Positions 21,857-29,164 of a DNA stretch of 32,000 nucleotides are shown here, one piece after another (within the stretch, counting starts at the first letter, position 1; every line of letters begins with the position of its first letter). This stretch comes from Candidatus Saccharimonadota bacterium. GTDB lineage: Bacteria; Patescibacteriota; Saccharimonadia; Saccharimonadales; UBA4665. Location of the stretch: assembly GCA_963716945.1 (NCBI GenBank), contig OY970322.1, positions 1 to 32,000 of the forward strand, in the 5' to 3' direction. Under the pieces are notes generated by a model, which worked only from the letters and a program-made list of their open reading frames with translations, had not been told where the DNA came from and searched no databases. The position numbers and the translations under genes were made by a program.

Positions 21857-23284
21857 TTATTGCTTAGATGTCGGCTGGCGGCCGGTAAGTTTCTTCTTGA
21901 AGTGGCTGATTAGCGCCTTGCCGAACGGCGCTGTGTATTCGTTCGTTACCGTAACCTTGTCATAAATATCCTCGAAGACACCGTCGGCATGGTATTGCTT
22001 GCGCAGACTGTCGTATCGCTTCCGGTCATATATTTGCCAGAACTGCCGCTTCGGGAAATACGAGTGGGCGTAAAGCGTCTTGTGCGCGCCCAGCCGCATG
22101 ATTTCGTCTTCGACCGCGCGGTTAAGCTGTTTGAATTGCTCGAAATTCCGGGCCGTGGTCTTGCCCCATACCCCGACGTTCATGGCGTATTTCGACTCGG
22201 TCGGCGGCAGGCCGAAAATATCTTTGGGTTCGTTATGCGGTTTCATCGGCAGCAGCCATAGCGGCCAGATATCCAGGTTGGCGCGCACGTATTCCAGGAA
22301 GGCCGGAACTTTTTCCTTGGCCATGAAGATGTCTTGCGCGAAAACCCGTTGCGAGACAGCCGTCTTTTGAACGCCCCTATATAAGAAACGCGTATGCATG
22401 GCCTGGTCCAGCAGCCGTCTGGTGAGTTTTGTGAAGGGCAGCTTCAAATAGTCAAAGACCAGCGGCCCGACCCAAAACCCTCCCCGGTCATAGCGAAACA
22501 AGTAGTCCATGACGGGGATGCACTCTTCGTAGTCTGCGGCCCGGTGGCGCTTGAGCACCGCTTTGGCGTGCAGGTAAAACCATTCGTCGCCCGGCTGGCG
22601 GGTCGTGGTCAGCGGCTTGAACGGCTTATCGGTAAACTTGCCTGTCATAACCACGGCGCTGGCCGGCGAAAAGATAATCGCGTCGATGAAATCAAGGCCG
22701 CGCCCGTTTTCGATAAGCCCGTCAATTATCTCCAGCGCCTGCTGCGGGCTGTTGGCGGGGCGGTATCTCAGACTGACGTATGGCTGGGCGGCGATGAGCC
22801 GTAGTTTGACGGAAGTCAAAATGCCGACGGAGCCGTAGGAACAGGCGGTTCCCCAGAACAGATCGGGGCGCTCGGAGCGCGAGGCCTTAACTGCCTCCCC
22901 GTTGCCAAGCACCAGCTCATATTCCAGGGCCGTGTGGTGGAAGCCGCTGTATTTGAATGAGCTGCTCTCGGCTGCCCCGCCCTGGATGCCGCCGCCGACG
23001 CTAATGCCGGGGAACTCCATGACTACCGGCGGCAAAAGACCGTGCTTAAGCGTGGCTTCCACCAGTTCGTCAAGCTGGACGCTGGGCTCGACTACCGCGT
23101 ATTTCTTCTCGGTGTTAATCTCGATGATATGATTTAAGGCGCTGGTATCGACGACGTGGCGGCCTTCGAAATCGGGCAGGCGTGTGGAATTGCTGGAGCC
23201 GTGATAAATTTTAATGAACTTTTTCGGGGCGCGGCTTTTGACCTGGGTGCGTATATCCTGCAGCCGCTTCTGGTGGTCGTCCAT
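21857..23284 (-). CDS. FAD-binding (PCMH-type) oxidoreductase of the DHCR24/DIMINUTO-like family
   Basis: 475 aa, colinear by eye with delta24-sterol-reductase-type proteins: EFPGISVGGGIQGGAAESSSFKYSGFHHTALEYELVLGNGE...RPDLFWGTACSYGSVGILTSVKLRLI, and a C-terminal LYAHSYFPKRQFWQIYD...YDSLRKQYHADGVFEDIYDKV. Confidence 0.85.
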   Translation of the reverse strand: MDDHQKRLQDIRTQVKSRAPKKFIKIYHGSSNSTRLPDFEGRHVVDTSALNHIIEINTEKKYAVVEPSVQLDELVEATLKHGLLPPVVMEFPGISVGGGIQGGAAESSSFKYSGFHHTALEYELVLGNGEAVKASRSERPDLFWGTACSYGSVGILTSVKLRLIAAQPYVSLRYRPANSPQQALEIIDGLIENGRGLDFIDAIIFSPASAVVMTGKFTDKPFKPLTTTRQPGDEWFYLHAKAVLKRHRAADYEECIPVMDYLFRYDRGGFWVGPLVFDYLKLPFTKLTRRLLDQAMHTRFLYRGVQKTAVSQRVFAQDIFMAKEKVPAFLEYVRANLDIWPLWLLPMKPHNEPKDIFGLPPTESKYAMNVGVWGKTTARNFEQFKQLNRAVEDEIMRLGAHKTLYAHSYFPKRQFWQIYDRKRYDSLRKQYHADGVFEDIYDKVTVTNEYTAPFGKALISHFKKKLTGRQPTSKQ

Positions 23285-23293
23285 AGGCTACCA

Positions 23294-23299
23294 ATTATA
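23294..23299 (-). promoter_or_regulatory. -10 hexamer TATAAT, 9 nt before the flavoprotein ATG (near-leaderless)
   Basis: The minus strand reads CCGTTATAATTGGTAGCCTATGGAC. Confidence 0.4.
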
Positions 23300-23337
23300 A
23301 CGGTTCGGCGGCCGCGGCCGTTAAGGTTGCCGCCCGG

Positions 23338-24276
23338 TTACGCTTTGATCTTAATGACGACTTTGCCGCGCGGGTGGGCGCTAATTTGGTACTGCATGGC
23401 GGCGGCGGTCTGGTCCAGCGGAAAGACCTTGTCGACGTTAATCTTAAGCTTGCCGGAGTCAACCAGTTCGGCAATCTTGGCCAGGCGCTCGGCAGTAACA
23501 TGGCTGAATTGGGCGGTATAGCGGATGTCATACTGCTTCACCAGCTCCTCATCGGGCTGCGCCACCATGGAGACCAGGGCACCGCCCGGTTTCAGAATGG
23601 CGTATGACTTGCGGTTGGTCTCGCCGCCGACAGTATCGAATACGGCGTCATAGTCTTTCAGCAGCTGGGAGAAATCCTGGTTCTGGTAGTCTATGACTTC
23701 ATCGGCCCCTAGGCTCTTGACGAATCCGGCCTCGGCCGCGCTGGCCGTGGCGGCTACGTACGCGCCAAGCTGCTTGGCCAGCTGGACGGCTACCGAACCG
23801 ATGCCGCCGGCGGCGCCGTGGATGAGGATTTTCTGTCCGGCCTGGAGGGCGATGTGGTCGACTAGGGCTTGATAGGCACTGGCGCTGACCAGCGGCAAAG
23901 CGGCGGCCGACTCGAAGTCCAGGCTGGCCGGTTTGGCCGCCAGCCGGTCGGCATGGACAGGTGTAAATTCAGCGAAGGAACCATGGCCGCTAAGCGCCCC
24001 GGCCTGCCCATAAACGGCTTGCCCCGGTTCAAACCCGGTCACGCCGGTGCCGACCGAAACGACGGTGCCGGCGACATCGCCGCCCAGTATGGCCGGGAAC
24101 TCCAGTTCGCCCATTTGGCGCACCGCGCCCTGGCTGACTTTGATGTCAAACGGGTTAATTGCCGCGGCATGCGCCTCGACCAGCACTTCGCCCTCGGCGG
24201 CCTCGGGTTTCGGGGCGTCGTTATTAATCGTTATCGCGTCTGGACCGTCGTAGCTGTTGAGTTGTGCGGCTTTCAT
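23338..24276 (-). CDS. NADPH:quinone-reductase-like medium-chain dehydrogenase/reductase
   Basis: 312 aa with GEVLVEAHAAAINPFD, the nucleotide-binding motif ILIHGAAGGIGSVAVQLAK and a C-terminal GKVVIK. SD AAGGGGA. Confidence 0.9.
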   Translation of the reverse strand: MKAAQLNSYDGPDAITINNDAPKPEAAEGEVLVEAHAAAINPFDIKVSQGAVRQMGELEFPAILGGDVAGTVVSVGTGVTGFEPGQAVYGQAGALSGHGSFAEFTPVHADRLAAKPASLDFESAAALPLVSASAYQALVDHIALQAGQKILIHGAAGGIGSVAVQLAKQLGAYVAATASAAEAGFVKSLGADEVIDYQNQDFSQLLKDYDAVFDTVGGETNRKSYAILKPGGALVSMVAQPDEELVKQYDIRYTAQFSHVTAERLAKIAELVDSGKLKINVDKVFPLDQTAAAMQYQISAHPRGKVVIKIKA

Positions 24277-24294
24277 AAATCCCCTTGTCTTAAC

Positions 24295-24321
24295 CTATTA
24301 CTATACATAATATAGTGATAG
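24295..24321. promoter_or_regulatory. 11-bp inverted repeat CTATTACTATA-N5-TATAGTGATAG (10/11) over the quinone-reductase promoter; candidate operator
   Basis: Arms at 24295-24305 and 24311-24321. It overlaps the TATAGT/TATTAT -10 candidates, 19-45 nt upstream of ATG 24276. Confidence 0.4.
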
Positions 24322-24438
24322 TCCGGCCCTGTCAAAACTAATGCCGGCGGCGGCACGAAGCGGCCGGCGAATGATCTTCCATATTCACAATTATAAGTTG
24401 GTATACTTAGTATTAACTAATTGACAAGCGGGGCTCTA

Positions 24439-26277
24439 ATGAAACGTTTTCTTCGACTGGTGTGGGACTATAGACTGTTTAGCCTGGCTTCGGTAACGGT
24501 CATCGCCGGCCTTATCTTGGAGCTGGCCGGCCGGCATACGGCCGCCCATTGGCTGCTGGGCATAGTTTCAATCGTCGAAGTCCTGCCGCTGGGCTGGGAC
24601 ATGTGGCAGGATGTCCGGTCCGGCCGCTACGGCATCGACATCCTGGCGGCCACGGCCATTATCACTTCCGTTCTGTTAGGCCAGTATTGGGCCGGCATGG
24701 TCGTGGTATTGATGTTGACCGGCGGCGAGGGGCTTGAGGATTTCGCCGAACACCGGGCCCGGACCGAGCTTGACGCCCTGCTCAAACACGCTCCCGAAAC
24801 GGCCCATGTCATCCGTAAAGGCAAAACCCTGAACGTTAACGCCCGGGAACTCCATGTCGGCGACAAACTGCTTATTAAGGCCGGCGAGCTGGTGCCGGTC
24901 GATGCCGTCATGGTCGAAGGTATGGCCAGCTTCGACGAGTCTTCCCTGACCGGCGAAAGCCTGCCGCAGACCAAGCAGGCCGGCGATAAGCTGCTAAGCG
25001 GGTCGATCAACCTTGACGGCCCGGTAACCGTCAAAGCCACGGCCAGCGCCGATGACAGCCAATACCAGCAAATCGTGCGGCTGGTGCGCAGCGCGGCCGC
25101 CAGCCAGGCCCCGTTTGTCCGTTTAGCCGACCGCTACAGCCTGCCCTTCACCGTCTTGGCCTATGCCATCGCCAGCACCGTCTGGGTTTTGAGCGGCCAA
25201 GCCGTTCGTTTTCTCGAAGTTATTATTGTCGCCACGCCCTGCCCCTTGCTGCTGGCCGCCCCGATTGCCCTGATGAGCGGCATGGCCCGCGCCAGCCGTT
25301 ACGGTATCATTGTCAAAACCGGTTCGGCCCTGGAAAAGCTGGCCGAAGCCCGGACCATAGCTTTTGACAAGACCGGTACGCTGACTAGCGGCGTCCTGCA
25401 GGTCTCCGAAGTTAAGGCCTTCGGTTCGTACAGCCAAGACGAAGTACTGGCCCTGGCCGCCAGCCTGGAGCAGAACTCCAACCACATACTGGCCCATGCC
25501 ATCGTTGCCGGCGCCCAGGCCAAGAAGCTAAAGCTCGTTAAAGCTAAGCACGTCCAGGAGATTTCCGGCCGCGGCCTCCACGCCAATATCAAAGGCCGGA
25601 CGATTCTGGTCGGTCGCTTTAGCCTGCTGGAAGAAAATGGCGTGCATCTGCCCAAGCAGTTCAAGCCCGGTGACATCAAGCAGACCGCCGCTTACCTGGC
25701 GGTCGACGGCAAACTGGCCGGCATCATCATGCTGAAAGACGAACTGCGCCCGGAAAGCAAAGCCACGATTGACGCGCTGCGCGTCCTTAAGCTCAAAGAA
25801 ATTATCATGGTTACCGGCGACAACCAGGCTACCGCCCAGTCAATCGCCAAGCAGCTGGGCATCACGCATGTCCACGCCGAAACCCTGCCGGCCGACAAGC
25901 TGCACATCCTCGAAGAGGCCAAGCAGCGGCCGCTGGTATTTGTCGGTGACGGCGTTAACGACGCACCGGTCCTGACGGCCGCGGATGTCGGCATCGCCCT
26001 TGGTGCCCGGGGTTCGACCGCCGCCAGCGAATCGGCCGACATGGTAATCATGCTGGACGACGTCGGCCGGGTCGCGACCGCCTTCATTATCGCCAGGCGG
26101 ACCTTCCAGATAGCCCGCCAAAGCATCCTGGTCGGCATCGGCTTGAGCGTCCTGTTGATGCTGATATTCGCGACCGGCAAATTCCCGCCCCTGGCCGGTG
26201 CCATTATTCAGGAAGTCGTCGACGTGGTCGTCATCTTCAACGCGCTGCGCGCCCACCTCATTTCCGTCAACGATTGA
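24439..26277 (+). CDS. P1B-type heavy-metal-translocating ATPase without an N-terminal metal-binding domain (TPCP transmembrane motif)
   Basis: TGES, ATPCPLLLAAP, DKTGTLT, MVTGDN, GDGVNDAP. I prefer ATG 24439 (MKRF...); the track start at 24421 is TTG. Confidence 0.92.
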   Translation: MKRFLRLVWDYRLFSLASVTVIAGLILELAGRHTAAHWLLGIVSIVEVLPLGWDMWQDVRSGRYGIDILAATAIITSVLLGQYWAGMVVVLMLTGGEGLEDFAEHRARTELDALLKHAPETAHVIRKGKTLNVNARELHVGDKLLIKAGELVPVDAVMVEGMASFDESSLTGESLPQTKQAGDKLLSGSINLDGPVTVKATASADDSQYQQIVRLVRSAAASQAPFVRLADRYSLPFTVLAYAIASTVWVLSGQAVRFLEVIIVATPCPLLLAAPIALMSGMARASRYGIIVKTGSALEKLAEARTIAFDKTGTLTSGVLQVSEVKAFGSYSQDEVLALAASLEQNSNHILAHAIVAGAQAKKLKLVKAKHVQEISGRGLHANIKGRTILVGRFSLLEENGVHLPKQFKPGDIKQTAAYLAVDGKLAGIIMLKDELRPESKATIDALRVLKLKEIIMVTGDNQATAQSIAKQLGITHVHAETLPADKLHILEEAKQRPLVFVGDGVNDAPVLTAADVGIALGARGSTAASESADMVIMLDDVGRVATAFIIARRTFQIARQSILVGIGLSVLLMLIFATGKFPPLAGAIIQEVVDVVVIFNALRAHLISVND

Positions 26278-26896
26278 CCAGCATCAGTGCCACGAGCATC
26301 GGCACCAGCAGATTATCAAGGCCGAGGATTGCCAGGTTCTCAAGGACGGTGGCCAGAGCGCTGACCAATATGACATAGCCCAGGCTCAAAGCTGTGCCGC
26401 TCCAATGCTCAAACGCCAGCAGGATCGCCGCCGATATCAGGAAAAAACTCAACGTGCCGGCTACGCTCTTGGCATGCCCGAAGATCAGGTATTTCAAACG
26501 GTTGCCGTAATGGACGCCGACTATGGCCGCCAGCCCGTCGGCCAGCGCCATCTGCAGCAGGGCGGCGGCATAAATCCACTTGTCGTGGGTTACCAGCGCC
26601 ACCAACCCGACCGACACGGCAAAGAACAGTTCGCCCCAGGTCGGCCGCTGCACGCTATGAATAGCCTGAAAAACTCTCAGGTATTTTGATATCGTCACGA
26701 CTACCAGGAAAGCCGCGCTTAGGCCTTCTATTTGATGCCAGGTTAAAAAGAAGGGCCAGGCCGCCACGAAGCTGCCGACCGTCAGGTGGATGAATTTACG
26801 GCTGAACTCGCTGTGTACGACGCGCGACCGCCACCACAGCTCGTTGCAGACCAATAGGACGAAGACCGCCAGCATGGTCAGAATAAGTTCCATCAT
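26267..26896 (-). CDS. polytopic membrane protein of the CTP-dependent polyprenol/phytol/dolichol kinase - CDP-diglyceride synthase superfamily
   Basis: SRKFIHLTVG, LADGLAAIVGVHYG, GHAKSVAGTLSFF, ENLAILGLDNLLVP. Its 3' end overlaps the ATPase 3' end by 11 nt (convergent). Confidence 0.68.
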   Translation of the reverse strand: MMELILTMLAVFVLLVCNELWWRSRVVHSEFSRKFIHLTVGSFVAAWPFFLTWHQIEGLSAAFLVVVTISKYLRVFQAIHSVQRPTWGELFFAVSVGLVALVTHDKWIYAAALLQMALADGLAAIVGVHYGNRLKYLIFGHAKSVAGTLSFFLISAAILLAFEHWSGTALSLGYVILVSALATVLENLAILGLDNLLVPMLVALMLVNR

Positions 26897-26958
26897 AATA
26901 TTGTACGCCAGCTGGCGGCTATCCGCCGACTTTAGTGAGGCATTTTCCGACTAAATCA

Positions 26959-27035
26959 TGGTCGGGGTGGCGGGATTTGAACCCACGACCTCCGCGTCCC
27001 GAACGCGGCGCGCTACCAAGCTGCGCTACACCCCG
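26959..27035 (-). tRNA. tRNA-Pro (anticodon CGG), CCA encoded
   Basis: The reverse complement folds as CGGGGTG-TA-GCGC-AGCTTGGTA-GCGC-G-CCGCG-TTCGGGA-CGCGG-AGGTC-GTGGG-TTCAAAT-CCCGC-CACCCCG-A-CCA. Confidence 0.92.
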
Positions 27036-27040
27036 TAATT

Positions 27041-27062
27041 ACAGAGGTTGATTATAACGAAA
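27041..27062 (-). promoter_or_regulatory. tRNA promoter module TTTCGTTATAATCAACCTCTGT (tRNA-Pro CGG)
   Basis: Identical 22-mer to 27784-27805. TATAAT is at 27056->27051, 15 nt before the tRNA 5' end. The Nudix stop codon is the TAA inside TTATAAT. Confidence 0.55.
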
Positions 27063-27636
27063 CTGAGAGACTATTACCAGGGGGAGGTGGCGGTACTGGA
27101 GGGCGTTCGGCTAGTACGGCTTCCGTTTCGGCAACAACCAGGCCGCTAGGACGAGTCTTATCATAAGCATACGTCCTGAGGAAACTAAGCGGCACCAGCG
27201 CCTCGTCAAAGTAAGCGTCGACCACGTCCATTACCGCCTGACTTCTGGTTTGCTCATGCCGGTGCAAGTCGGTGAAAGCCTCACGGGAAAAAGTTCCTAC
27301 CCAGGGGTGTTCTTCGGCCGGCCTTAACTCACCGTCGACTGCCACTGACGCAAAAGCTACGTGCACGCCGTCCAAATAATCAAGAATGGCAATGATGCCT
27401 TTGGGCTCCGTTAGCAGGCCGCTTTCTTCTTCGGTTTCACGGATAACGCACTCGATCAATGTTTCGGGTTTGGTTAGGGAGTTTACTTCGGGTCTAGTTT
27501 CGGGCTTTGAATTACGGCCGCCGCCCGGAACGTTAATAAGTCCCCATTTTCGGGGAGCAGTTTCCTGAACCGCTACGATGTCTCCGCTATCGGGCGGGTA
27601 CTCGAATACATTAATCGCCCCCACTTTTTCAATCAT
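27052..27636 (-). CDS. Nudix-family hydrolase with a 12-residue insertion inside the Nudix box and a Pro-rich C-terminus
   Basis: GGGRNSKPETRPEVNSLTKPETLIECVIRETEEESGL. The E-x7-REUxEExGU half is canonical, but the upstream Gly is 17 residues from the Glu rather than 5. Confidence 0.72.
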   Translation of the reverse strand: MIEKVGAINVFEYPPDSGDIVAVQETAPRKWGLINVPGGGRNSKPETRPEVNSLTKPETLIECVIRETEEESGLLTEPKGIIAILDYLDGVHVAFASVAVDGELRPAEEHPWVGTFSREAFTDLHRHEQTRSQAVMDVVDAYFDEALVPLSFLRTYAYDKTRPSGLVVAETEAVLAERPPVPPPPPGNSLSVSL

Positions 27637-27696
27637 ATACGAACCACAATAACAGAATATTGACAGTAAGGCATTAAGTCGTTGTTACTTAGTCTA

Positions 27697-27773
27697 TGGT
27701 CGGGGTGAGAGGACTCGAACCTCCGACCTCCGCGTCCCAAACGCGGCGCGCTAGCCAACTGCGCCACACCCCG
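27697..27773 (-). tRNA. tRNA-Pro (anticodon UGG), CCA encoded
   Basis: The reverse complement folds as CGGGGTG-TG-GCGC-AGTTGGCTA-GCGC-G-CCGCG-TTTGGGA-CGCGG-AGGTC-GGAGG-TTCGAGT-CCTCT-CACCCCG-A-CCA. Confidence 0.92.
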
Positions 27774-27783
27774 ACGGTGTGTA

Positions 27784-27805
27784 ACAGAGGTTGATTATAA
27801 CGAAA
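27784..27805 (-). promoter_or_regulatory. tRNA promoter module TTTCGTTATAATCAACCTCTGT (tRNA-Pro UGG)
   Basis: Identical 22-mer to 27041-27062. TATAAT is at 27799->27794, 20 nt before the tRNA 5' end. Confidence 0.55.
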
Positions 27806-27816
27806 ATACCGGACGA

Positions 27817-28611
27817 TTACCACGTCAGTTGAATTTGCTCAATGGATTCGGCCAATCCGCTGTCGCCGACTTCGACCAGGACGGCGTTGAATTGGCTGAG
27901 GCCTTCGGTCTCCAAGACATTGCGGGTAGGCCGTTCGTCGCGCCAGCGCGGTATGACGCTACTAAACTTAACACCAAGCGAGGCGTCAAGGCTGCCGCAC
28001 ATGCCGACGTCCGTGATATGGGCCGTACCGCCGGGCAAAACCCGGGCATCGGCAGTCGGCACGTGCCAATGGTCGCCGATAACGGCCGTCACCCGCCCAT
28101 CGAGATAATGGCCGATAACGACTTTCTCGCTGGAATAGTCGCCGTGGAAATTGACGACCGCAGCAAGCCGGTCAACAGCTTTTTGGCTGTCCAGAATCCG
28201 GTCGATGACTTTCAGCGGGTTATCGACCGGTTTGGCGGCATCCTTGCCGACTATCCGGCCCAGCAGGCTGATAACCAGGACTTTGCCGGCGGCCGTTTCG
28301 ACATACTTCCAGCCCAAACCGGGCGTACCGGCCGGATAATTGGCCGGCCGGATAATCGGCTGGGCGGGGTCGGCCATAGCCGGGATGATTGACCTATCGT
28401 GCAAACTCCAGTTGCCGCCGGTGCAAAAATCAACGCCGGCTTTTTGCAGACGCTTAAACTCAGCCGGGCCAACCCCCTTGCCGTCGCTAACGTTTTCCGC
28501 TTGGGCGATTACCAGGTCGATTCGTTTAGCTGAACGTAGCTTGGGCAGGGCTTGTTCGACCGCCCGCAGCCCGGTTTCGCCCATGATATCGCCGATATAT
28601 AAGATGTTCAT
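27817..28611 (-). CDS. ymdB: YmdB-family metallophosphoesterase (2',3'-cyclic-nucleotide phosphodiesterase type)
   Basis: MNILYIGDIMGETGLRAV, DLVIAQAENVSDGKG, GVDFCTGGNWSLH, NFHGDYSSEK, GDHWHVPTAD. It lies in the same operon as rny, as in Bacillus. Confidence 0.9.
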   Translation of the reverse strand: MNILYIGDIMGETGLRAVEQALPKLRSAKRIDLVIAQAENVSDGKGVGPAEFKRLQKAGVDFCTGGNWSLHDRSIIPAMADPAQPIIRPANYPAGTPGLGWKYVETAAGKVLVISLLGRIVGKDAAKPVDNPLKVIDRILDSQKAVDRLAAVVNFHGDYSSEKVVIGHYLDGRVTAVIGDHWHVPTADARVLPGGTAHITDVGMCGSLDASLGVKFSSVIPRWRDERPTRNVLETEGLSQFNAVLVEVGDSGLAESIEQIQLTW

Positions 28612-29150
28612 CGCAGCATCTCGATCAGCTGCGGGAATTCGGTGAAGCCGGCTTCGCTGTTCAGGTGGCCGCCGTCCGGAATGATGACCGGCTGGACGCC
28701 GAGCGCATCAGCCACGTATTTAAGCTCCGCCTGCGGTACGTAAGGGTCGTTGTCGCCATAAATAACCGCCGCCCAGCGCAGCTTCTGCCTGACGCTTTCG
28801 AAATCAATCAGCCTTTCGCCAAGGAAATAGCTGTTCAGCCCGGCCCCGTAATCCCGGGCGAAGCCGGCAACCGATAGGAAGCGGTTGACTTGCCCGTCGG
28901 CCTGTTCGATGAAGTCGAGTGCCGCGGTTGCCCCCAGCGAGTGGCCGACTATTGTCAGCTGGCCGAGGTTGACGCCTTCAACGGTGGTTTTAACCGTCTC
29001 CAGCCAGGTCTGCCTGTCAGGGTGTTCGGGCCCGGGCATTTCCGGCATTAAGATCTTATGGCCCTGTCCTTCCAATTCGTCATGCAGCCACTGCTGCCAG
29101 TGAATGCCGACATGGCCGCCGAGGCCGTGGATTATTAGGACGGTTTGCAT
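28608..29150 (-). CDS. alpha/beta serine hydrolase, YdeN/RBBP9-like
   Basis: 180 aa with VLIIHGLGGHVGIHWQQWL, the nucleophile elbow VGHSLGA, and DNDPYVP...GGH. There is a 4-nt overlap with the ymdB start. Confidence 0.85.
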   Translation of the reverse strand: MQTVLIIHGLGGHVGIHWQQWLHDELEGQGHKILMPEMPGPEHPDRQTWLETVKTTVEGVNLGQLTIVGHSLGATAALDFIEQADGQVNRFLSVAGFARDYGAGLNSYFLGERLIDFESVRQKLRWAAVIYGDNDPYVPQAELKYVADALGVQPVIIPDGGHLNSEAGFTEFPQLIEMLR

Positions 29151-29164
29151 GGCTGGTCGAGGAT

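Noticed and set aside
21774-21965. 63-aa ORF on the plus strand starting at 21774.
   Set aside because: It is made of the tRNA-His gene plus the antisense of the flavoprotein 3' end. The tRNA fold is unambiguous.
24421-24426. A perfect TTGACA hexamer that could be a -35 box (it is also the TTG start used by the ORF track for the ATPase).
   Set aside because: No acceptable -10 lies 16-19 nt downstream (the sequence there is ACGTTT and falls inside the coding start). ATG 24439 with an upstream TATACT (24402-24407) is the simpler reading.
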